From Pseudomonadota bacterium (lineage in GTDB: Bacteria; Bdellovibrionota_F; JAHFAK01; JBDREC01), in NCBI GenBank assembly GCA_043820105.1, contig JBDREC010000027.1:1-48256 (forward strand): DNA of 48,256 nt, in the 5' to 3' direction. A program made the translations under genes and the position numbers. Numbering within the stretch: position 1 is the stretch's first letter; each line of letters starts with the position of its first letter. The notes below the pieces were generated by a model. That model was not told where the DNA came from and ran no database searches. It worked only from the letters and a program-made list of their open reading frames with translations. This document shows, in pieces, positions 9,501 to 19,016 of the stretch.

Positions 9501-12445
9501 ACCATATTTTATTTAAACTTGCAAAGATACAGATGCAAATGGGTGATTATCAAGATTCTGAAAACTCTTTAAATGCAATTGATAAAATTCTTCTTACCAT
9601 AAAAGATGAAATCGAATATCACAAAGTAATAGGACGTTTATTAAACAGAAAAGGCAAACAAACTGAAGCAATTGAATATTTTGAAAAGTCTTTAAATTTT
9701 TCAGATATTGCAAAATACCCTGAACTTCATCAAGAATTAATTCTTTATAAAATCTCAGCTCTTTTAGATTCACATAATTACCAAGAAGTAGTGTCAATTA
9801 TTTCAGATCTTTCTGATTTTAATTTTACTGATAAAAATCAAGCCACCTATTACTATTTATTAGGATCTTTACATTACCATAAGCAAGATACTAACAATGC
9901 TATAGATAATTTGAAACTATCGCTAAACCTTTCAATAAAAATTTCTGACAAGTATGGAATATTAAATGCAAGTAATATGCTAGGATCAACTTACTACTTC
10001 CTCAGAGACTTTAATAAAGCCATTCATTGTTACAACGAAGCTCTATTGCAAGCAAAACATCTTTCTGATCTATACTTAAATGGCTTAATTCTTCAAAATC
10101 TGGCCTCATGCTATTTTCAAAAAGGAAGCCTTAATAACTCATTATTAAACTATTTAGAAACATATGACCTATTTTCGGATCTTGATTTCCCCAGAGGATC
10201 TGAAGCACTGCTTTTAAATATTGGTTTAGTTTATCTAGAGATAGGCAATATTAATTTGGCTTTAAAATATAAGGAAAAATCATTAAAACTAGCAATAAAA
10301 CGAGATAATAAAATGATTGTTGCCTATAATCATTATCTTGAAGGTGAGATTTTAGCAAATAATAAAGACCTTGAAAATTCTTTTTCATCCTTTTCTTTAG
10401 CGCAAAAAACCTTTGATTCAATGCAAATTGAAATAGCTAGCCTTGAAACATCACTTGCAATTATCAAACTTAGAATTGCAAATAATGACCTGGATGCAGC
10501 CAACAAAGCTTTAGAAGAAATTAAGCACAAAACAATAAGGGATAAAAAAGTAACAATTGAAATACGCTTAATCCAAAGTTACTTAGCTCTTAAGAATAAT
10601 GACCTGCTTTTAGCAAAAGAACTCCTTGAGTCAATTGATATAAATCAAATAGAAACACAAAATTATAACACAAAACTTTATTACTATAAAATATATACGA
10701 ACTATTTTGATACTATAGCGAACCAGGAGCAAGCAAGCAGTTTCGCTAAAAAAATTATTAAGCTTATTACCTACCTTAGCAATAATGTACCTGAGTCATC
10801 AAAAATTGATTTTTTCAATAAAGATAAAATAAAAACCGCAAAACATCTGGCAGCTAAAGTTCTTATGCAAAATGAAGAATTAAGCTCAAACAACAAATTA
10901 CAAACAATTAGCAATTTGCTTATGAGCCTTGCTAGCATAAAAGATGTTAATAAACTTTATAACTCTATACTGGATAACGCTATTTTATTTTCCAATGCTA
11001 AAAAAGGATATATTTTATTATTTGATGAAAAAAATCCACGTGGAAAAGCTGCTAATAATTATAAAATTATAGCAGCTCGTAACTTTTTAAACTCTGAGCT
11101 AAATAAATCAAGCCAAATTTTGAGTCAAACTATTTTAAATAAAACATTAAAACAAGACCAAATATTAAACACAGAAAATGCAATTGAAGCCTTTGAAAAC
11201 TCAAGAAGTATCGCAGAAGCTAAACTAAAAAGCATCTTAAGTCTTCCTATTATTTACGATAAAAATATTATTGGACTTGTCTACCTTGAAGACTCAGATA
11301 AAATTGGCACCTTTTCAAAAATTGATAAAAACTTTATTCAAACTTTTGTCTATGCTATTTCTAATATCATTGCATCTTCAATGCTTATAGAGGAATTAAA
11401 AGTTAAAACTTCTATTATAGAAACGCATAATTTAAACTTAGAAAATCAGTTAAGCAATGCTGAAAGTAAATGTGAAAAAGCTTCCAGAGTCATAAAAGAA
11501 GCAAAAATCATTGATCTTCCATTATATAATAATAAAAATATTATAAGCCAATCTGAAGCATTAAAAACTATTTTTAAGATTATTGAACAAGTAAAAGATT
11601 CAGATATCCCTATTTTAGTTACAGGGGAAACAGGTACTGGAAAAGAACTTATTGCCAGGTCAATTCACTACAATAGCAAAAGAAGAGAAAAGGAGTTTTT
11701 CTCTGAAAACTGCGCAGCTTTAAGCGAATCACTCCTTGAAAGCGAACTTTTTGGACATGTAAAAGGTAGCTTTACTGACGCTATTACAGACAAAAAAGGC
11801 ATATTTGAAATTGCAGATGGCGGCTCAATATTTCTTGATGAAATAGGTGAAATGTCTCTTGAGATGCAAAAGAAATTTTTAAGAGTTCTTCAGGAAAAAA
11901 CCATAAGGCCAGTTGGAGCAAATAAAACGATAAAAGTTGATTTCAGGTTAATCTGTGCTACTCATCGAGATCTTAAAAAAATGATAGCCAAGGGTGAGTT
12001 TAGAAGCGATTTATATTACAGAATAAATGCAGTTGAAATTCATAACCCTGCCCTAAGAAACAGAAAAGAAGATATTCCTATTCTTGTTAAACATTTTCTT
12101 TCCAAATACGCTGATGGCGAAGAAAAGAGATTTTCAAAAGAGCTCCTAACTTGCTTTATTCATTATGCCTGGCCTGGTAATATTAGAGAACTCGAGAATG
12201 AAGTTAAAAGACTTATCCTTTTATCAAAAAATAAATTAATTACCAAAGAAGATCTTCATGACAATAGGTTTAAAGAAGGTGAACAAGTAAAGGAAAATAT
12301 AATGACCCTGGCTGAAGCTGAGAAAAAAGCAATCTGGCTTGCATTAAAGCACACCAATGGAAACCAGAAATCAGCTTCTGCGCTATTGGGAATTGATAGA
12401 AAGACGATATTGCGAAAAATTAAAAAATACAGGATACCGCTTTAA
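6575..12445 (+). CDS. Multidomain sigma-54-dependent activator: degenerate tyrosine-recombinase module + Ser/Thr kinase-like + P-loop ATPase + TPR + GAF + sigma-54 AAA+ + Fis HTH
   Basis: TTG start after GAGGG. aa1-240 XerD-like; HHDINPAN / DFG / GTxxFIAPE / SDIYSLG kinase motifs; GETSIGKT; TPR helices; GAF (SILSLPI...GLVYLE); GETGTGKE, ESELFGHVKGSFTDA, FLDEIGE, FRSDLYYR, WPGNIRELEN; C-terminal LLGIDRKTILRKI. Confidence 0.85.
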   Translation: MKDIILDYLKHIESLEKYSLSSIKCYVKRLNDLKIFLAKKQEVEQIDLNDIKAFLKNLEDNNTAIGTYNQYVTSIKGLLKFQSNIQKTKDLSKEIKVKASEQISTISKKAIITFLENIKDIEDTNKTLFLLYILTDINLKETLNLKKKDILIEEGRIGIKKSEKNVYSYYLIHTNKYGVRLKKELSIIIEKTNKYLFESSKAKPMSPPHVNYLFNKYKKYIPENCDSIMKLKSSELFLGIKGKDIIVKIPENYEVKNLLADGLDCNLYHCYDHTRKIDLVIKIINNPSYSNESFQRLKNEFTLLKSLKHSSLPKVYDFVHKAEEKLAFFTMEFFGQKALSYFKKKVSEKDALFILHTMLELLSYLKINNIIHHDINPANILFKKTTNNTYELKLIDFGLASKKESCTCNCTIKGTNYFIAPEIVFNKKATYRSDIYSLGITLYNILCEDFPFSTENPDKMLKDIKSNSYVLLNQKNKKISDKFSDIIAKMTVYDPDKRYQNENIIKKEIQTFLQSGELFEDSSENEIIIRLPDYVKKNEELEEIISDMNMIYSDAIIHANPQINIISGETSIGKTRLISEIKNQASSSEINIFEFDIEKENPLACILEFASKNKEFKVELSEKEESNLNSYSTKLQMKLASILVKELQAQKSILIFEHIAYFKRAFYPFLRFLVKELTSKNVSALIIFSINTDHADPKIINDIITQKQEAKLKTSIIPLDRFAKKEIKLFVESSLNKAIETKLLDYLAQNSGGNPGLVLMILNKLNDDGALINKNNFISLKEENLVSFENKTLEIAKNRIKHLKTLERNIVSILSIIEMNIGMDEIFKLLLSLNANASETEILIILEELIKRNFISQLDISPSQNNILSNIKSYSIQDKNISNSIDRILITKEKKAIHLSIAQMLESHSNFNNIPKEKIALHYKAAGDKKIAYKFFLLAAEENLSIFNLERSVYNYKEAIMQIDDISQSIITEKKNHILFKLAKIQMQMGDYQDSENSLNAIDKILLTIKDEIEYHKVIGRLLNRKGKQTEAIEYFEKSLNFSDIAKYPELHQELILYKISALLDSHNYQEVVSIISDLSDFNFTDKNQATYYYLLGSLHYHKQDTNNAIDNLKLSLNLSIKISDKYGILNASNMLGSTYYFLRDFNKAIHCYNEALLQAKHLSDLYLNGLILQNLASCYFQKGSLNNSLLNYLETYDLFSDLDFPRGSEALLLNIGLVYLEIGNINLALKYKEKSLKLAIKRDNKMIVAYNHYLEGEILANNKDLENSFSSFSLAQKTFDSMQIEIASLETSLAIIKLRIANNDLDAANKALEEIKHKTIRDKKVTIEIRLIQSYLALKNNDLLLAKELLESIDINQIETQNYNTKLYYYKIYTNYFDTIANQEQASSFAKKIIKLITYLSNNVPESSKIDFFNKDKIKTAKHLAAKVLMQNEELSSNNKLQTISNLLMSLASIKDVNKLYNSILDNAILFSNAKKGYILLFDEKNPRGKAANNYKIIAARNFLNSELNKSSQILSQTILNKTLKQDQILNTENAIEAFENSRSIAEAKLKSILSLPIIYDKNIIGLVYLEDSDKIGTFSKIDKNFIQTFVYAISNIIASSMLIEELKVKTSIIETHNLNLENQLSNAESKCEKASRVIKEAKIIDLPLYNNKNIISQSEALKTIFKIIEQVKDSDIPILVTGETGTGKELIARSIHYNSKRREKEFFSENCAALSESLLESELFGHVKGSFTDAITDKKGIFEIADGGSIFLDEIGEMSLEMQKKFLRVLQEKTIRPVGANKTIKVDFRLICATHRDLKKMIAKGEFRSDLYYRINAVEIHNPALRNRKEDIPILVKHFLSKYADGEEKRFSKELLTCFIHYAWPGNIRELENEVKRLILLSKNKLITKEDLHDNRFKEGEQVKENIMTLAEAEKKAIWLALKHTNGNQKSASALLGIDRKTILRKIKKYRIPL

Positions 12446-12474
12446 AATAATATGTCAGAACCCATAATAGGTTT

Positions 12475-14160
12475 CTATAAGATTTCAAGATTTTTTTCAA
12501 TAGCTATATTATCATAAACAGTATTATTAGTGAATTTAATTGAAATATTTGCGTCTTCTTTTAATAAGCTCTTTAGCTCGCTAGTTATAATTCTCATTCT
12601 ATCATAACCTTTAAGATCAATGCACTTCATTTTATTTAGTTTGCTGATTCTTTTGTTTGGCCTGTCTTCCAAATCAACTTTTTCTCCAGATTCAATAAAT
12701 TCAAATCTTCCAGCTTTAATTAAAATTATATTTTCATTTTCATATTCTATCAATGAATCTATTAGTTTTAAAAACCAATTGGCTCTTCGTAAAAGCAAAC
12801 CCAAATGACTAATAGAGCCTTCTATAAAGGAAGATACTCTGGCTACATCCCATAATGCCCCAACAATCACCTGTTCATCTTCATCTTCATCATAATCACA
12901 ATCGTCATCTTCCTTCGCTAGCCTATCCTTAAAAAAATGCAAACTAAATTCCATAAAATTTCTGTATGAAATTCCCTTTTTAATGTAATAGCGATTTCGC
13001 TTTCTAAACTCCTTTACTCCCTGCTTAAACATTTCCATATCTGGTGCATATTTATTTTCAACACCAAAAATCTCATAAGCCTTTTCATAATTAATCCGGC
13101 AAGAGAAAATACTGGAAATAGAATCAAAAGCCAAACCTGATTCGTTCATAAGAAATGGTCCAATATTGAATGTTGAACTTGGTCTTTCAGAATATTTCTG
13201 AAATTGCTTATCATAAAAAACAATTTTCCTTCGATTTTCTTTTAAAGCTTTATTATAAGGAGGTGAGTACTCTTTAATTTCGTCTGATTCAATAATAGCT
13301 GCTTCTATCTCGCTTTTACAAAGCTTAATTTTTATATCTTTAGCCTGTGAAAGCATTTCAAGAATATGCTCAGCATGCTTACTTGATTTTTGGAAATAAC
13401 TTTTCACCCTGCTTTTTAAGGATTTAGCTTTCCCAATATACAATAGATCGCCATTTGAACGAAACATTTTATATATCCCAGGTTGCTCGGGAAGTTTTAA
13501 TAAAAATTCTTTTTCTATATTATATTGTCTTTCAACCTTTTTAATTTCCTTATTTTCAAGCCATTTTAAGAGATCAAATAAGGTGTAAATATTAATTTCT
13601 TCAAGTAAGCCGATTAAATTGTTCCAAACAAATTTTGTTGCAATAACATGACCTTCTGCCCTTCTTAACTCTGAAACTGAATAAGCGAAATATCCAGCGC
13701 AAGCCCTTAAACCTTTTCGAGGAAGAGCTGGAATAAGTCTTTTGACAATTTCATGAGTACAAATAAATTCATATTCAAAATCTATTTTCTTAAGTTTATT
13801 TTTTATAATATCTTCAATAAAAGGCTTTTCATAACGAGCAAAATGTGCAAGAAAAATTACTTTTTCATTAAATTCACAAAATTCGTTTAAATCTTTATCA
13901 AAATAAGAGAGCACATCTTCAAAACTTCTAGCACTTAACAAATCTTCTTTTTTAATACCTGTTATATAACTTATATTTCTTTTAAGTACAAAATCAGAAT
14001 CTTGTCTTATTAAAAATGACTTTATTTCAGCTTTACCCTTTTCTGCCTCATCGATTCTACCAAAACAACCCCAAGCAAGCTCCAACAAAGTCCCTTGTGA
14101 GCTAAAGGGTTTTGTCGCCTGACAATCCAAAACCAAAACATTTAATTCCCTTAACTTCAA
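12475..14160 (-). CDS. DnaQ/DEDD exonuclease-like domain fused to a UvrC-type GIY-YIG endonuclease
   Basis: TTG start after AGGAG; PGIYKM...LYIGKAKSLKSRVKSYF...EAAIIESDEIKEYSPPYN is a UvrC/Cho-type GIY-YIG. The N-terminal domain follows the DnaQ layout with altered catalytic residues. Confidence 0.8.
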   Translation of the reverse strand: MKLRELNVLVLDCQATKPFSSQGTLLELAWGCFGRIDEAEKGKAEIKSFLIRQDSDFVLKRNISYITGIKKEDLLSARSFEDVLSYFDKDLNEFCEFNEKVIFLAHFARYEKPFIEDIIKNKLKKIDFEYEFICTHEIVKRLIPALPRKGLRACAGYFAYSVSELRRAEGHVIATKFVWNNLIGLLEEINIYTLFDLLKWLENKEIKKVERQYNIEKEFLLKLPEQPGIYKMFRSNGDLLYIGKAKSLKSRVKSYFQKSSKHAEHILEMLSQAKDIKIKLCKSEIEAAIIESDEIKEYSPPYNKALKENRRKIVFYDKQFQKYSERPSSTFNIGPFLMNESGLAFDSISSIFSCRINYEKAYEIFGVENKYAPDMEMFKQGVKEFRKRNRYYIKKGISYRNFMEFSLHFFKDRLAKEDDDCDYDEDEDEQVIVGALWDVARVSSFIEGSISHLGLLLRRANWFLKLIDSLIEYENENIILIKAGRFEFIESGEKVDLEDRPNKRISKLNKMKCIDLKGYDRMRIITSELKSLLKEDANISIKFTNNTVYDNIAIEKNLEIL

Positions 14161-14176
14161 TTATCTCCTAATCTCC

Positions 14177-15656
14177 CTATTCCCTTGTTCCCCAAAACTC
14201 CCCCAAAATCACATCAGCTTCATCATTAGCACTTACATCACTAGCCTTCCAATCACCTGGAAAGAGTTTTCTATAATGTTCATATCTGTATCGCTCATCA
14301 ATTAACATAATAGAACCTTTATCATCTGCTGATCTAATAACCCTTCCTGCAGCTTGTAAAACTCTATTAATCCCTGGATATTTATAAGCGTAACTATAGC
14401 CATCAACATCCTTACTTGAAAAATATTCTTTAATTATTTCTGTTTCCTAAAAAAGATGCTTTGGAAAGGTAAGCTGAATGCATCTCTCTTGCCCTTTCTG
14501 GTAAATTATGGGCTTCATCTATAAGCAAAACATCTTTTTTCAAAGAGTCAATTAATAATGATTTTAAAGAAACCTCAGGATCAAAGAGATAGTTGAAATC
14601 GCAAATAATAATATCTGCCCACCTTGCAAACTCAAAAGACAAATAATAAGGACAGAGCTTATGTTTTTTAGCAATACTTATTAATGTTTCCTGGTCAAAT
14701 AAAAATTGTCTAAAAAATTCTAGCCTGGCTTTTTCAAGATTATCAAAATAATTTTTACCGTAAATACAAGTGCCACTTAAACAGTCTTTATTAGGATCAA
14801 GGCAAATCCTTTCTTTTGCTGAAATTGTTACAGATTTTATTTTAAGGCCATTCTTAATTAAATCATTAATCGTCTCCTGGGCAATTATTTGACCTGTTAC
14901 CTTTGAAGTTAAATAAATATTTCTTGATACCTTTTTTTTAGATATTGCCTTAATACTTGGAAATAGCGTTGCAATTGTTTTTCCAATTCCAGTAGGTGCC
15001 TGAGCTATAAACTGACCCTTATTTTTTATTATAGACGAAACATCATTAATCAACTCTTGCTGTCCAGGCCTATGAGTTTGATATGGAAATTCCAAGTCTT
15101 TAATTGATAAATCTCTCTTAGTTCGATGGTTTTCAACCGATATTAACCAATCCAAATATTTATCAACTAAGCCATTTAAATATTCATCAAGCTCAATGAC
15201 ACTCCACTCATTAAAAATAGTTTTTATTTCTGCGGTTTTTATATGATAATAAGTAAGTTGTGTTTGCAGTTTTTGAATGCTATTTTCCTTTGCATAAATA
15301 GCAGCATAAAGCTTAGCTTGCCCAAGATGCAAATTATGTTCAGAGTTAATAAAATCTATTATTTTACGAGAAGTTGATTTGATCTCTTCAATGATTATAG
15401 ATCCTGAAATATCGTAAACCCCATCAATTCTACCAAGAACTCTTAATTCAAGGTCATCTTTTATCCTTTTATATTCAACCTTAACTTCTTTTTTATAAGC
15501 AGGCCCTCGTTGTGATTGCAAACGCTGATGAGCCCAAATCCCATTGCTTAATGCTTTCTTAAATACAGCGAAATTTGAAAAAGAAAGCCCACCTCTTCTT
15601 TCAAAAAAATATATTAAATCTCTAACTGATATGGTGTACTTAATCATAATCTCCAA
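14177..15656 (-). pseudogene. PD-(D/E)xK nuclease + Fe-S DinG/XPD-family helicase with an internal deletion and frameshift
   Basis: ORF 14430..15656 has GRIDG..EEIKS, APTGIGKT, four Fe-S-type Cys and IDEAHN, then stops. A different frame at 14446..14177 encodes ETEIIKEYF...YPGINRVLQAAGRVIRSADDKG...IDERY, the helicase C-terminus (motif VI). Confidence 0.8.
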
Positions 15657-15671
15657 CCTGTTAGCCTTACC

Positions 15672-15699
15672 ATGCTCGATGCTGGATGCTGGATGCTGG
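15672..15699. repeat. Heptamer tandem array ATGCT(C/G)G x4
   Basis: atgctcg atgctgg atgctgg atgctgg; same family as 45108-45144 in reverse orientation. Confidence 0.8.
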
Positions 15700-15917
15700 T
15701 ATATAAATATTCATTACTAATTAAAAATAAATTAATTATAGTGATTTAATTTGAATAATCTATTCAAACAAACAAATCAAGACTTTATCTGACTTTATTT
15801 AACCATATTTTCATAGACTTACCTTTTTTAGCTATTTTTTTTGACGCTTTGCGTTTGACAATGCTTTTAGCCTATGTTATTAAGCGATCATTCATAAAAT
15901 TATTGGGGTCTGTGTCT

Positions 15918-17672
15918 ATGTTTAATCAAAAATATATCAATAGATTATTAATTTTAAATCTCATTTTATTTCTGAGCATATTTATTTTTTCATCTTGTAA
16001 AAAGACAGTTGTAAAAGCAAGCACTACAACAAGCACTGTAGTTGAAGGTCATCCTCCTACTTCTCCTCCTGTACCCACTTCACCTCTAAATGGTGATTAC
16101 AGGCTGGGAACAGAGCAATATCTTTTCAAATATTTTCCAGTATTGAGCGAAATAGAAAGTGACTTTTGGTTTAAGAGCTGTGCTCCTTATACTGATACAG
16201 TAAACTTTATGAGAGATTTGATAAAAACAAAAAACAAGAACTTCTACAATAAGTTTGGGGGAAATCTTAATCAATATAGAAGTTCCTCGTATATATATGA
16301 AAATTTTTTATTAGAATTTACTGATATAAAAGATATTTTACCAAAACAAAAAAAATTCTTAGTAAATGATTCCACTTTTTTACCTTTGTGGTATAAAGAA
16401 ACCAACTTTTTAGTTTATGATTATCCTAATCTAAATACCAGGCAAGACCTTTCTGAACAACCGCTTCTTCTAGATGCAGTATTCTTAACTTATGAACCCT
16501 TATTAAATACTCTTCTCAAATTAAAACTAGCCCCACTTGGAGTTAATATATTAATGAATGATTCAGCTTTTGTAGCTTTTCTAACGAAACTAATAACTGA
16601 TCTTGCAGAAAAACCATATCTTTTAGATACAACTCCAATAATCGAAATGCAGATTTTAGATAGTATAAAATACATTGCAAATAGAACAGGATACAAGTTT
16701 ATAGCAGAAGCTAATGTCCCTAAAACATTAAATCTCACTACATGCAATTTGGACAAGGAATGCCTCCAGGAACAATTCGTTCATCTTTCTAAAATATTAC
16801 CTATTGGCAGTCCTATTCGCAGATTATTTATTTTAGGACTTCCTGATACTATCTATAAAGGTTTCAGGAAATTATTTTATAGATCTAGCCTTAGAATTGA
16901 TGATGCTTTTTCAGAAGAATTAAAATCTTCAGCAGATATCTTTTATCCAATAGCACCCACTGAAGGACAAGCTTATTTTACAGACATATTTAATTATGTG
17001 AAATCACAGGTATTAAACACAATGGAAAGTTTTTTAAATGACAATGGAGCAGGCTCAGAACTAATTGGCAAAACAATATCAAGATTAAATGAAGTTACCT
17101 TAATTAAAACTATTGATCAAAATGGGAAAATAATACCTGAGTTAAGTAACGCTTTGAGTACAGGACAGACATGGAAAGATCATCTTGCAGAATTTTATAA
17201 TGGCAGAATTTATGGCTCAAATTATACTGTTGAAATAGTTCCTGCTATGCTAAATTTTTTATACCTGGATAAATTCGCTCAAGAAAATCCTAAAAACAAT
17301 ATTATTTCATTTAAAGATCCTAAAAACATTCTAGTATGGTTAATTGCACATGAATTTGGACACTCTATTTATGATTTTGATTTTTTTACAGCACTGGCTG
17401 AGAATTTATTTAAAGAGACAAAAATTGAAAAACATCACTATGAAGAAGCATTCTCGGATTTTTTAGCTTCATTAGTATTTGTAGATACTTTAAAAGATAA
17501 TGAAAGTCTTGATATATTACATTTTTTTGGATGTTTTAATATTACAACATTTAATGATAAAAATGTTATTACGTATAATCACGTAGGTGTACACCCACCT
17601 ATGACATGGAGAATGGAAAATGGGTATATGAAACATGACTTCTTAAAAGATTTTTTTACTAATTTACCATAA
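15918..17672 (+). CDS. Lipoprotein, divergent M13 (neprilysin/PepO-like) metallopeptidase
   Basis: Lipobox FSSC, Pro/Thr linker, IAHEFGHS, EEAFSD (ExxxD) and HPPxxxR, the M13 C-terminal motif order. ATG at 15918 preferred over TTG at 15849. Confidence 0.7.
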   Translation: MFNQKYINRLLILNLILFLSIFIFSSCKKTVVKASTTTSTVVEGHPPTSPPVPTSPLNGDYRLGTEQYLFKYFPVLSEIESDFWFKSCAPYTDTVNFMRDLIKTKNKNFYNKFGGNLNQYRSSSYIYENFLLEFTDIKDILPKQKKFLVNDSTFLPLWYKETNFLVYDYPNLNTRQDLSEQPLLLDAVFLTYEPLLNTLLKLKLAPLGVNILMNDSAFVAFLTKLITDLAEKPYLLDTTPIIEMQILDSIKYIANRTGYKFIAEANVPKTLNLTTCNLDKECLQEQFVHLSKILPIGSPIRRLFILGLPDTIYKGFRKLFYRSSLRIDDAFSEELKSSADIFYPIAPTEGQAYFTDIFNYVKSQVLNTMESFLNDNGAGSELIGKTISRLNEVTLIKTIDQNGKIIPELSNALSTGQTWKDHLAEFYNGRIYGSNYTVEIVPAMLNFLYLDKFAQENPKNNIISFKDPKNILVWLIAHEFGHSIYDFDFFTALAENLFKETKIEKHHYEEAFSDFLASLVFVDTLKDNESLDILHFFGCFNITTFNDKNVITYNHVGVHPPMTWRMENGYMKHDFLKDFFTNLP

Positions 17673-17725
17673 TTATATTAAAACTAAATTTATTTTCAAA
17701 CTCGCTATAAAACCATAGGTGATTT

Positions 17726-18403
17726 ATGCTAATTATAAATAACTTAATCGAAGAAAATAATATTAATTATTTTAACAATAGAATGCATGATCTGTTAAAA
17801 GATTACGTAGAACTAACATATATTCACCAACCAAGCCAAAAACTTAGTTCATTTGACCATATAATAGATTCTCATATAATTTTATCTGGCTCTGAAGTTT
17901 CAATTTGTGATGACATAGAGTGGGCAAAACCTTTAATTGAATTAGTCCAAAAGGCTTATGAAAAAAATATATCAACCATTGGAATATGCTATGGTCATCA
18001 ACTAATAGCAAAGGCCATTCAAGGTCCATCCTCTGTTAGAAAAGCAGCAAGAGCTGAATTCGGATGGTTCCCTATAAAATTTCATAAACAGGATTCCTTA
18101 TTCAAAAATATAGATAGTGAAATAAAGTGTATGCATTGCCACTTTGATGAAGTCACAAATCTTGATGAAAGATTTGAAATCCTGGCAGCCTCTGAAAACT
18201 GTTCAGTACAAGCCTTTAGAATCAAAAATAAACCCATTTGGGGTACACAATTCCATCCTGAAATTGAAGTCCTTGAAGGCTATAAAATTATAGATTGGTT
18301 TTCCTCAGAATATCCTAAACTAGATTTTAATAAAGATAAAGCTATGCAAGAAGCTGTTGATTCTGATTTGGCTAATAAAATTTTTAATAATTTTTTAGAT
18401 TAA
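17726..18403 (+). CDS. Class I glutamine amidotransferase (GMP-synthase-like glutaminase domain, stand-alone)
   Basis: ILSGS, GICYGHQ and QFHPE catalytic-triad motifs. Confidence 0.9.
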   Translation: MLIINNLIEENNINYFNNRMHDLLKDYVELTYIHQPSQKLSSFDHIIDSHIILSGSEVSICDDIEWAKPLIELVQKAYEKNISTIGICYGHQLIAKAIQGPSSVRKAARAEFGWFPIKFHKQDSLFKNIDSEIKCMHCHFDEVTNLDERFEILAASENCSVQAFRIKNKPIWGTQFHPEIEVLEGYKIIDWFSSEYPKLDFNKDKAMQEAVDSDLANKIFNNFLD

Positions 18404-18414
18404 GTTAGTTAAAA

Positions 18415-18678
18415 CTACTCTTCATCAGGTGCTAACCATATTTCTGTTAAAAAAGTCTTATATGTGTCTTGAATGCGCTCACCATGCTCACTAAAGGCTT
18501 GTTGAATATTCAAATTTAGTTCCTCAAAAATATGATCAAAAATACCTGTTTTATTTGATGATTTTTCAGCATATTTGGGTAATCTTTGAAAAAATATTTG
18601 CTGTTTTTTTGCATCAATAAAGGCTGTGGATAATTCAGATATTCTTTCATTTACATTTTCTAATAATAATTTTTCCAT
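18415..18678 (-). CDS. Small hypothetical protein
   Basis: 87-aa ORF in its own intergenic space, GGGGA upstream; no recognised motif. Confidence 0.5.
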   Translation of the reverse strand: MEKLLLENVNERISELSTAFIDAKKQQIFFQRLPKYAEKSSNKTGIFDHIFEELNLNIQQAFSEHGERIQDTYKTFLTEIWLAPDEE

Positions 18679-18918
18679 TTTTAAAATTCCCCAACTTAAT
18701 ATTTGTTATTCCCATTTAAATAGTTTAATTTACAAGAAACATGCCATAAAACAGTTTTCTGCACAGTACTGTTTTCATTAGCTTAATCTGCTTCTTGGCC
18801 GCACCGCTGCATTTTTTAATTAAATTTTTTGACCTCTTAAGAGGGCAATATTGAGGTTTAATAGTCGCATGTATCAAAAAAAATAAAAAAATACTTATTG
18901 TGATTAAAATCACAATTT

Positions 18919-18947
18919 TTGACCTTAGAATATTAATATGTTATAAT
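18919..18947 (+). promoter_or_regulatory. Strong sigma-70 promoter with extended -10
   Basis: TTGACC-17 nt-TATAAT with TGn immediately before the -10; 70 nt upstream of the 19017 ORF. Confidence 0.7.
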
Positions 18948-19016
18948 AAAAACATATTTTCCGAATTAAGCGTATTAGAAACACATCTTCAATAAATATT
19001 ATATTTAGGATAGTGG

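Noticed and set aside
18725-18913. 62-aa ORF and small palindromes (CCTCTTAAGAGG; AAAACAGT...ACTGTTTT)
   Set aside because: Non-ATG start next to a divergent promoter and no motif; palindromes this short are expected by chance.
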